Origin: Candidatus Enterousia sp.
Lineage (GTDB): Bacteria; Pseudomonadota; Alphaproteobacteria; Rs-D84
Reading direction: 5' to 3'
Assembly: GCA_045613315.1 (NCBI GenBank)
Contig: JAZLAV010000018.1
Coordinates: 33,975 to 97,974 of the forward strand
Length of the DNA stretch: 64,000 nucleotides
Part shown: in pieces, positions 45,650 through 53,334 of the stretch
Position numbering within the stretch: position 1 is the first letter of the stretch
How the letters are laid out: each line of letters starts with the position of its first letter
The notes under the pieces: model-generated
Database searches by the model: none
What the model saw: the letters and a program-made list of their open reading frames with translations, nothing else
What the model was told of the DNA's origin: nothing
Position numbers and translations under genes: made by a program

Positions 45650-46290
45650 AATTATTTGACGGCGACAATCACAAACGCGGGTAATCCCCATCCAAAATTT
45701 TGTATTTCCCGCCCGCGGCGGAGTGTCACGAAGTGACGGGGTGGGTATTCGGTGTCGTTTGTTCCGATGAACGGTTGGAACCCTCCCCGCCCTGCGAGCC
45801 ATCCCCTCCGATGGAGGGGAATTATTCTCTGGGCCCAGTTTCCAGAAAAACGCAATGCGTTTCCCAGGCCCCCGTTTCATTTTGTCATTGCGAGCAAAGG
45901 GTACCCACAAAATGCAACGCATTTTGCGGGGGCCGCCGGCGAAGCAATCCAGTCAATAGTGTATGGGCGTTCCGCTCACGGCTTTATTACACCCTGGATT
46001 GCCGCGGTCGCTACGCTCCCTCGCAATGACAAAGCCGCCACCCACCCACCAAACAAAATTATTCCCTTTTGGGTTTTCTGTGTTATAATGAGTATTGAAT
46101 CCAATGGGAATTGGGTTCGGGCTGTGGTAAGCCTACAAAAATCCGGTGCAAAAGCATCGTAATCTGATGTTTTTCGGTGCCTTTTGCACCGTTATACATC
46201 CCCGATTGTTTGGTCGGGGAACAGACTTGATTTTTGGTCTTTACCACTCCCCGACCGCTTTTCCTTTGGCGGTCTTTTTCTTTATAACCA
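45650..46290. repeat. GC-rich, palindrome-dense non-coding island
   Basis: About 640 bp that is markedly GC-richer than its flanks, with no coherent ORF. There are at least 10 short perfect or near-perfect hairpins: gtcacgaagtgac, cccctccgatggagggg, aaaacgcaatgcgtttt, cgccggcg, ggtgcaaaag..cttttgcacc, ccccgattgtttggtcgggg, gaccgcttttcctttggcggtc. Also a distant inverted pair tgtcattgcgag (about 45888) and ctcgcaatgaca (about 46021). Confidence 0.55.
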
Positions 46291-46301
46291 ATGGAACAAA
46301 C

Positions 46302-47348
46302 ATGGCAAATGTACATTTTGATAACGCAAAACGTAATAAAAACGATGAGTTTTATACTTGTTATGAGGATATCGAAAAAGAATTAAATCACTATGCCAAG
46401 TATTTCAAGAACAAGGTGATTTATTGCAATTGCGATGACCACGCGGGAATTGGGCTGGGAACACCAAAATCAAACTTCCTTAAATACTTTGCCGATAATT
46501 TTGAGGCATTTGGCATTAAAAAAGTAATCGCCACCCATTATGAACGCGATGGCGCATCCACAATGTATGTGTTGGACCACGATAACACCGGCGATGGTAT
46601 TATTTGCAGCGAGGATATAGAAGAAATACCATTAAAGAGTAATGGCGATTTTCGTTCGCCCGAGTGTATTGAATTGTTAAAAACCGCGGACATCGTAATT
46701 ACAAACCCGCCATTTTCGTTGTTTGGTGAGTATGTTGCGCAACTAATGGAATATAAAAAGAAATTCATAATTATTGGTAATGATAATTGCCGAACCTATA
46801 AAGATATATTCCAATTGATAAAAGGTAACAGATTCTGGAGTGGATATAATCATGTAAAAAAATTTGTAAAACCAGATGGGGAAATACAGCAGTTCGGTAA
46901 TGTTTCTTGGTACACAAATATACCAACAATACGACGTAATGAAAAGATAGAAACCGGTAAAAAATATTACGGATACGAAAGCATGTATTCCCAATACGAA
47001 AATTACGATGCAATAAATGTCAATAAGACGGACGATATCCCAATGGACTATGACGGCGTAATGGGCGTACCTATTACTTTTATTGATAGGTACAATCCAG
47101 AACAATTTGAAATTGTTGCCTTGGGTATAGTTGGTAGTTGTAATTTTACTAGTAATAAAAAAATGGAAATTTTGGACAAACAAGGCAACAGGACGGGTAA
47201 ATTTACATTTAATGCAAAGGGAACGTTGTACAGGAAATACAACCCAAACAATCCGAAAGATAACCCCGCCTTTGTAGATGTTGAAACAGGACAATTGTAT
47301 TCCAGCATTTATGCGCGAATTTTAATCAAAAAGAAAAAGGGGAACTAA
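46302..47348 (+). CDS. N6-adenine DNA methyltransferase, EcoRI-methylase-like family
   Basis: MANVHFDNAKRNKNDEFYTCYEDIEKELNHYAKYFKNKVIYCNCDD... and motif IV NPPF (ITNPPFSLF). The ORF-track ATG at 46146 lies inside the GC-rich island; the start was reset to the ATG at 46302. Confidence 0.7.
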   Translation: MANVHFDNAKRNKNDEFYTCYEDIEKELNHYAKYFKNKVIYCNCDDHAGIGLGTPKSNFLKYFADNFEAFGIKKVIATHYERDGASTMYVLDHDNTGDGIICSEDIEEIPLKSNGDFRSPECIELLKTADIVITNPPFSLFGEYVAQLMEYKKKFIIIGNDNCRTYKDIFQLIKGNRFWSGYNHVKKFVKPDGEIQQFGNVSWYTNIPTIRRNEKIETGKKYYGYESMYSQYENYDAINVNKTDDIPMDYDGVMGVPITFIDRYNPEQFEIVALGIVGSCNFTSNKKMEILDKQGNRTGKFTFNAKGTLYRKYNPNNPKDNPAFVDVETGQLYSSIYARILIKKKKGN

Positions 47349-47349
47349 T

Positions 47350-48549
47350 ATGGTGATGAAGGCAAAGTTGTTTGATACATTAACCGTTCGGCAATTGGTC
47401 GATGGTTACCGCGATTCCGGCGACAACGGTGTTGTTGCGTTTGGTGGAAAACTTAATGTGCGACCCGCATTCCAACGCGAATTTATTTATACGCCACGTG
47501 ATAGAGACATGGTTATGAAATCGGTTTATGATAATTTACCGTTAAATGTTATGTATTGGGCACGCAACCCCGATGGCACATTTGAAATTATTGATGGACA
47601 ACAGCGCACAATTTCCATATGCCAATTTATCACGAACGATGATGGTTATGGCAATCCAATCGCAATTAACTTTGATGGTCGCCGAACGCAAACATTTAAT
47701 CAAATGTCACCGGAAAAACAGCGCGAAATATTGGACGAATATAAATTAATGGTCTATGTTTGCGATGGCACCGAAGACGAAAAATTGGAATGGTTCCATA
47801 CCATAAACATTGCCGGCAAAGTGATGGAGGAACAAGAATTACTAAATGCCGACTATACGGGAACATGGCTGACATCGGCCAAGGCGTTCTTTTCCAAAAA
47901 AGACAACAATCCCGCATTGAATTATCGGTATTATGACAACGACCGAAAACACAGTTTAATTGCACTTAACGCCGATGATGCCAATCGCCAGGCGTTACTG
48001 CATTTGGTGTTGGGGTGGATTGTGGACGGCAACCCCAAATTATATCCGGAAATAAAAAACTATATGTCGATTCACCGCGCAGACGAAAATGCAGATGAAT
48101 TGATAAATTACTATAAATCGGTTGTTGATTGGGTGCACGATGTGTTCGGTGAAAAATACTATAACGAAATGCGCGGGTTGCCGTGGGGATTAATCTTTAA
48201 TAAATATCGATATGGTAAATATGACCAATCGGTTATGGCACGCGCGGTCTCGGGACTGATGGCAGACGAAGAAATACAAAACAAACGTGGCATTTTCGAG
48301 TTTCTGTTTGATATGAACCAAAAACACCTGAACCTGCGGCAATTTGATAACGCAACCAAACGCACAATTTATCAAAAGCAGGCCGGCATTTGTCCGTACT
48401 GTGCCAACACGGAAAACGCAAACAAAGTGTGGAAATTCGAGGAAATGGAGGGCGACCATATTATGCCGTGGTCCCAGGGTGGCAAAACCATTCCAGAAAA
48501 TTGCCAAATGTTATGCAAACATCATAACAGGGCAAAAAGCGACAATTAA
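47350..48549 (+). CDS. DUF262 (ParB-like, DGQQR) domain fused to C-terminal HNH endonuclease
   Basis: EIIDGQQRTISICQF is the DUF262/GmrS-type motif. The C-terminal CPYCANTEN...EGDHIMPWSQGGKTIPENCQMLCKHHNRAKSDN is a classic HNH. The ATG is 2 nt after the MTase stop, so the two are translationally coupled. Confidence 0.7.
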   Translation: MVMKAKLFDTLTVRQLVDGYRDSGDNGVVAFGGKLNVRPAFQREFIYTPRDRDMVMKSVYDNLPLNVMYWARNPDGTFEIIDGQQRTISICQFITNDDGYGNPIAINFDGRRTQTFNQMSPEKQREILDEYKLMVYVCDGTEDEKLEWFHTINIAGKVMEEQELLNADYTGTWLTSAKAFFSKKDNNPALNYRYYDNDRKHSLIALNADDANRQALLHLVLGWIVDGNPKLYPEIKNYMSIHRADENADELINYYKSVVDWVHDVFGEKYYNEMRGLPWGLIFNKYRYGKYDQSVMARAVSGLMADEEIQNKRGIFEFLFDMNQKHLNLRQFDNATKRTIYQKQAGICPYCANTENANKVWKFEEMEGDHIMPWSQGGKTIPENCQMLCKHHNRAKSDN

Positions 48550-48580
48550 AAAACACCGCCCGAATGGGCGGTGCTTATTT
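48550..48580 (+). terminator. rho-independent terminator
   Basis: caccgcccgaatgggcggtg + cttattt. Confidence 0.65.
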
Positions 48581-48583
48581 CCT

Positions 48584-48658
48584 GGTGCCAGTTGTCGGAC
48601 TTGAACCAACGACCCTCTGATTACAAATCAGATGCTCTACCAGCTGAGCTAAACTGGC
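48584..48658 (-). tRNA. tRNA-Thr (anticodon UGU)
   Basis: The reverse complement is GCCAGTTTAGCTCAGCTGGTAGAGCATCTGATTTGTAATCAGAGGGTCGTTGGTTCAAGTCCGACAACTGGCACCA. The anticodon loop TTTGTAA gives UGU, and CCA is encoded. Confidence 0.8.
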
Positions 48659-48759
48659 GTTTAATGCAACGCATATATTACATTGTTGTTTTCTAAATAT
48701 CAAGTGTAAAAATTCATAAATTACTTGCAAATATAAAATAACGGTTAAAAATACATATT

Positions 48760-50001
48760 ATGAAAAAATTACCTGAATTATTGGCGCCGGGGGGAACACT
48801 GGACGCGTTTAAAACCGCAATTTTATACGGTGCAGATGCAATTTATGCCGGTCTGCCGGGGTTTTCAATGCGCGCACGGGCGAAAATCACCACCGATGAA
48901 GTGAAAACTGGTATCGATTTGGCCCACGCGGCGGGGAAACGCGTGTATTTGGCATTTAACCTTTTTGCGCACGATGCGGAATACGCCAATATGCCACGGG
49001 TTGGTGAAACGATACGCTATTTAAAACCCGATGCGTTGATTGTGGCGGATCCGGGGGTGTTGACCTGGGTGCGGGAAAATTTCCCCGATATGCCGATTCA
49101 TATTTCAACCCAGGCGAACATCTGTTCCGCCCAATCGGTCAAATTTTGGCAACGTGCGGGGGCGTCGTTGTGCGTGTTGGCGCGCGAAGTGTCGCACAAC
49201 GATTTCAAAACTATTCGTGCCGCGTGCCCGGATGTAAAACTGGAAATATTTGTTCACGGGGCAATGTGTATGGCTTATTCTGGGCGGTGTTTGCTGTCAA
49301 ACTTTATAACGGGTCGGCCGTCAAATCGTGGGGCGTGTGCGCAGTTGTGTCGGTGGAAATATGATGTGATTTTGCGCGAAACGGAAACCGGTATCGAAAT
49401 GCCAATCGAAGAAGACGACCGGGGCGTATATATTTTGAATAGTAAAGATTTATGCCTTATGCCACGATTGGCGGATGTGTTGGAATCCCACCCGGATTCA
49501 TTAAAGATAGAGGGGCGCAATCGTTCCGAATACTATGTTGCATCGGTCGTGCACGCGTATCGTGCGGCGATGGATGCATGGGCGGCGAATCCCGAACACT
49601 TTGGTTCCGCGCCGTTTATGGACGATTTGAATAAATTAGAAACGCGTGGTTATACAACGGCGTTCTTTGATGGGCCTGTAACGCCGGATGCGCATAATTA
49701 TGAATCTGCGCGGTCGGTGTCTGATTTTCATGCGGCGGGCGTTGTCGTGGCGCGGGACGCGGAAAAAATTACATTTGAATTGCGTAATGAAACACGCATC
49801 GGTGATGAAATAACGTTTTTGATTCCGGGCGGGGCGGAAAAGGCAACTGTGAAATTGCCGGAAATCATAAATGCAAAAAACGGCGAACGCCAACCCAAAA
49901 TGTCTGCAGGCCAGGGGAACAGCATTTTAATCCCACGCACGTGGGTCGCGACGAATTACGATAAATTGGTGCCGTTGACGGTGGCATATAAACGGAAATA
50001 G
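48760..50001 (+). CDS. peptidase U32 family protein (YegQ/TrhP-like)
   Basis: …HISTQANICS…VLAREVS…EIFVHGAMCMAYSGRCLLS…GACAQLCRW… matches the conserved U32 core. Confidence 0.75.
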   Translation: MKKLPELLAPGGTLDAFKTAILYGADAIYAGLPGFSMRARAKITTDEVKTGIDLAHAAGKRVYLAFNLFAHDAEYANMPRVGETIRYLKPDALIVADPGVLTWVRENFPDMPIHISTQANICSAQSVKFWQRAGASLCVLAREVSHNDFKTIRAACPDVKLEIFVHGAMCMAYSGRCLLSNFITGRPSNRGACAQLCRWKYDVILRETETGIEMPIEEDDRGVYILNSKDLCLMPRLADVLESHPDSLKIEGRNRSEYYVASVVHAYRAAMDAWAANPEHFGSAPFMDDLNKLETRGYTTAFFDGPVTPDAHNYESARSVSDFHAAGVVVARDAEKITFELRNETRIGDEITFLIPGGAEKATVKLPEIINAKNGERQPKMSAGQGNSILIPRTWVATNYDKLVPLTVAYKRK

Positions 50002-50002
50002 G

Positions 50003-50135
50003 TTGCAGGTTCGTCATTCCCGCGCAGGCGGGAATCCAATGCCACGCAGTGATTATATTATGTTCGTTGCCGTGGGCAACAGATTGCCTGCGGCGCAGTA
50101 GATCCCGGCCTTCGCCGGGATGACGGCTTTCTGGA
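50003..50135. repeat. MITE-like palindromic element with imperfect ~24-nt terminal inverted repeats
   Basis: gtcattcccgcgcaggcgggaatc ... (internal hairpin gttgccgtgggcaac) ... gatcccggccttcgccgggatgac. Each end is itself an ATTCCC-N8-GGGAAT-type palindrome. It starts with ggttgcaggtt, which is also found after rpoC. Confidence 0.5.
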
Positions 50136-50159
50136 ATTTGGTTATAAATAAAAAACCGC

Positions 50160-50186
50160 CTAAATGGCGGTTTTGCTAATCACCAA
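50160..50186 (+). terminator. rho-independent terminator after U32 gene
   Basis: aaaaaccgcctaaatggcggttttgc. Confidence 0.65.
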
Positions 50187-50204
50187 CCACTAACACTAAC
50201 CACT

Positions 50205-50771
50205 CTATGCGGCGCGTTGTTGTTGATGCCGGCGCAGCCATAATTGCAAAACCATCTTTTGTTTTTTTGCAACCGGTTGTTTGTTTTCAACGCGAACCGT
50301 GGCCGCAACCATTTGTGGCGCACGTGTGGCCGGTGCCATCGCAACCGTTTTCGGTTTATACATTGCAGACATTGTGTTTAATGTCTTGTTCGCTTCGTTA
50401 AACCGTTTTGCAATATACGTGGTCAGTTTTTTCCGGTCGTCTGGACGAATCGTTGCACGCGAATCACGATGCTTGTTCGTCATAATAAGTTTTGTAATCT
50501 TCTTGGAATGATATTTATGAATCCGTTTAAGTAATTTTGTGACCGGATTATTCTTGTCCATTGTGGCAATTTTTGCCTTTAATAATTGCAGTGCGTTATG
50601 TGATGACGCGCCCAATGTTTTATTCGCCATTAAATTTTGTAACAAAAATGCATTGTAAAGCGCAATGTATGCGCGCAGAATTTTATTCGCATTTTCTTTG
50701 CTTATTGGTGATTTTTTCTTTTTTCGCGTTTGGGTTTTGGCAAATTTGGCCATGGTTTTATTCTGTGTCAT
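50205..50771 (-). CDS. highly basic Lys-rich protein (histone H1-like composition), unknown function
   Basis: 188 aa, about 25% K+R, no TM (…KKKKSPISKENANKILRAY…KTLNTMSAMYKPKTVAMAPATRAPQ…). Confidence 0.45.
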   Translation of the reverse strand: MTQNKTMAKFAKTQTRKKKKSPISKENANKILRAYIALYNAFLLQNLMANKTLGASSHNALQLLKAKIATMDKNNPVTKLLKRIHKYHSKKITKLIMTNKHRDSRATIRPDDRKKLTTYIAKRFNEANKTLNTMSAMYKPKTVAMAPATRAPQMVAATVRVENKQPVAKKQKMVLQLWLRRHQQQRAA

Positions 50772-51013
50772 GGCATCCCCCTTTGTTTTTTTTGTTCTTG
50801 TATTCCTTGATGAATATTATAGCGCGTGTCGTAATAATATTCAAGAGTTATGTCAAGATAAAGTTTGTTTTGACTTTATTCACACAATATAGCAAAATTG
50901 TCGCGATCGTGTCGCAAAAAATTTGCCACCGGTGGGTGTCGGCGTTGATACGATTCCCAATCTTGCCAAAAATGGGGGTTGGTGTATTCATCAAAAAACA
51001 AGGAGTTTAACAG

Positions 51014-52057
51014 ATGAAAAAAACTGTGAAAATCGCAATGGCTGCAACTTTATTAACTGTGCCGGCATTTGCGGACACACCGTATACTGCGGGGACGTTG
51101 CGTAATATTGAAAATCCGTTGTATTTACCGGCCGCCGGTGAAGCATTCAGCAAAATCGGATTCGGTATCATGTACAAAATCACCGATAGTAATGATGCAC
51201 AAAAAAAATTGTTCCACGATGGTGCCGAGGAATTTCCAATTTGGCGCCCGTCATTGGATTTGGGGTATGGTATAACTGATCGTTGGGCGGTTCATGGTCA
51301 AATCGGTTATACACACAACCGCGACATCAGCCGTTATGGTTTCCATTTGGGCCGTATCGGAACAACATACCGCGTGATTAACAGCAGTGATGGTTGGGTA
51401 TGGGACCTGTATGGCGATTTCCACATGGGTGGTATGGAAAAGATGAAGGGGTCGTTGAAAATGACTTCGATGGGAACCGCGTTTGATTATGATAACTATT
51501 CCAACGGCCGTTGGGGTTATCATGTCGGAACCAAGGTGGGCAAGGTTTGGGATCGTTGGACAACCAGTGCGTTTGTTGAATTGTTGCGTACATGGGGTAA
51601 CCACAACAACGAAATTGATGTGTCCAAGGTGACACCTGCATTGTCTGCGGCATTGGGTGGGTTGCCATTGGGTATTCCAGACAAAATATCGGTTGATTTG
51701 AAATCAACAACCGAATTTGATTTAGGTGCAAATGCGTTTTATCAGGTCAACGACAGATGGTCGTTTGGTTTGGGATTGAAATATATTTATCACGCACAAA
51801 ATGGATTGAAAAAGATTCATACGAAAATCGACAACCCATACGGTGTTGCGGCAACAAATGCACTTGTTGCCCAATACAAAGAAATGCACGACAGATTCAG
51901 CGAATTTGCCCAGTCGTTCGTTGTTGCGTACCAGGCAACTGATTATATGCAGGTTGCGGCATATTTCGAAAACACATTGGATAATGGTCAACATTTGAAC
52001 GCAAATACCACCGATTTCAAGGTAGAAACAGGTGTTCGTTTGAATGTAAAGTTCTAA
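51014..52057 (+). CDS. outer-membrane beta-barrel protein (porin-like)
   Basis: Signal peptide MKKTVKIAMAATLLTVPAFA. Alternating amphipathic strands, with a C-terminus ...VRLNVKF. Confidence 0.55.
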   Translation: MKKTVKIAMAATLLTVPAFADTPYTAGTLRNIENPLYLPAAGEAFSKIGFGIMYKITDSNDAQKKLFHDGAEEFPIWRPSLDLGYGITDRWAVHGQIGYTHNRDISRYGFHLGRIGTTYRVINSSDGWVWDLYGDFHMGGMEKMKGSLKMTSMGTAFDYDNYSNGRWGYHVGTKVGKVWDRWTTSAFVELLRTWGNHNNEIDVSKVTPALSAALGGLPLGIPDKISVDLKSTTEFDLGANAFYQVNDRWSFGLGLKYIYHAQNGLKKIHTKIDNPYGVAATNALVAQYKEMHDRFSEFAQSFVVAYQATDYMQVAAYFENTLDNGQHLNANTTDFKVETGVRLNVKF

Positions 52058-52171
52058 CAATAGACTTGAAAATTATGCCCCGCATTCGTGCGGGGTATTT
52101 TTATTCGTACAAAACGCTTTTTTATACCCGCGTTTTATGATATAATACATCATAAGAAAATAGAGGCCAGA

Positions 52172-53299
52172 GTGAGAAAGTTTAACTTTTCTGCCATGTT
52201 GATGGGTATTGTGTTCGGCGCGCCACTTTGCGCGGGCGCAGCGTATCCCGTTTATCAAAATACGGGTACAAATAATCAGATTGTTGCCAATGGTCGTGTT
52301 GTGACATACCCGGGTGGAACCCAGGTGGTTATGCCAAATACAAATGGTACGGTTGCCACGACCCAGGGTCAGGTGATTGTCGCAAATTCAGCGGTGGCCG
52401 CGAACCCAAGTCGTATAACCGGCATGTTGCCCAAGGTTGGTTCAAACGCAACCGCCGCGGGGCGTCAATATTACCAACCGGCGGACTATGACCGTTTGGC
52501 GGACAGTGGGTTGTATGTTGGACTGTCGGCCGGATACAGCGCGTCGGTTATGGGGGCGATGGGGGCCGATTACACTGGTGAAAACAAGGCGTTTGCCGTT
52601 CCGGGGGCATTCAAAGATGCCGATTTCCGGTCCGACAGTGTGATTCCGTTGCAAATATCGGTTGGTGCCGCCATAAATAACGATGTTCGTGTTGATTTTT
52701 CGTTTTTGCGTTACAGCGGGATAAGTTATGCCGAACATGTCGAAACGGCCGATGGTGCGGGCGGTTATGCAAATGCATCGGTCAGTGGTGGCGCGGTTAC
52801 AGCAAACACAACGATGTTAAATGTGTATTACAACATTGATTCATATACCGGATATGTTGCCGGTGGCGCGTTGCGTCCATATGTTGGGGTTGGTGTTGGG
52901 TTGTCGTTAAACACAATTGCGGACTATGTGGTTTTGGATAACACATTTTATTCTGAAATGGATCCAATAAACGCCGGTGTTGGCGATTTAACCGGTGTGT
53001 CCGACATTTATGCATACCACAATGGTGGCACCACGGAACAGTTGGCGTTTATGTTGGAAGGAGGGGTCACAACCGAACTGTCGGGTGGGCTGAAATTGGA
53101 TTTCTTTGTTCGTTATGCGAATCTGGGCAAGGTTAAAACATCGGGCAGTATTGTTATGTCTCAAACGGAATGGTTGGGCGATGGTGCTGGTGGCGAATAC
53201 GAAGCCCCATACGACAGTGTCTATCACTATACCGATTGGTATGAAAGCGGGCGTTTGGCAATGGTTGATGTTGGCGTTCGTCTAAGATTACAGTTCTAG
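52172..53299 (+). CDS. outer-membrane beta-barrel protein (second copy of the same style)
   Basis: A probable GTG start lies after an AGAGG RBS (an ATG alternative is at 52196). Signal peptide ...MLMGIVFGAPLCAGAA. C-terminus ...VRLRLQF. Confidence 0.5.
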   Translation: MRKFNFSAMLMGIVFGAPLCAGAAYPVYQNTGTNNQIVANGRVVTYPGGTQVVMPNTNGTVATTQGQVIVANSAVAANPSRITGMLPKVGSNATAAGRQYYQPADYDRLADSGLYVGLSAGYSASVMGAMGADYTGENKAFAVPGAFKDADFRSDSVIPLQISVGAAINNDVRVDFSFLRYSGISYAEHVETADGAGGYANASVSGGAVTANTTMLNVYYNIDSYTGYVAGGALRPYVGVGVGLSLNTIADYVVLDNTFYSEMDPINAGVGDLTGVSDIYAYHNGGTTEQLAFMLEGGVTTELSGGLKLDFFVRYANLGKVKTSGSIVMSQTEWLGDGAGGEYEAPYDSVYHYTDWYESGRLAMVDVGVRLRLQF

Positions 53300-53334
53300 A
53301 CGTGGGTGCGCATTGCACAATGGTTAAACAGAAT

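Noticed and set aside
45644-46162. Several overlapping 60-136-aa ORFs in both strands
   Set aside because: They lie in the GC-rich palindromic island, where random frames stay open. They have no RBS, no consistent frame and no protein-like composition.
45650-46290. GC-rich island as RNase P RNA, tmRNA or SRP RNA
   Set aside because: The hallmark motifs were searched by eye and are absent: no GGAAAGTCCGGGC or ACAGAANCCGGCTTA (RNase P), no TTCGAATCC T-loop plus tag-peptide ORF (tmRNA), and no AGGTCAGGTCCGGAAGGAAGCAGC (SRP).
50017-50128. ATTCCC-N8-GGGAAT palindromes resembling Neisseria dRS3/NIME repeats as a taxonomic clue
   Set aside because: The resemblance is only to the generic palindrome architecture. 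The flanking sequence, gene content (OlsBA, VirB, a 58-aa ferredoxin, etc.) and base composition do not fit Neisseria.
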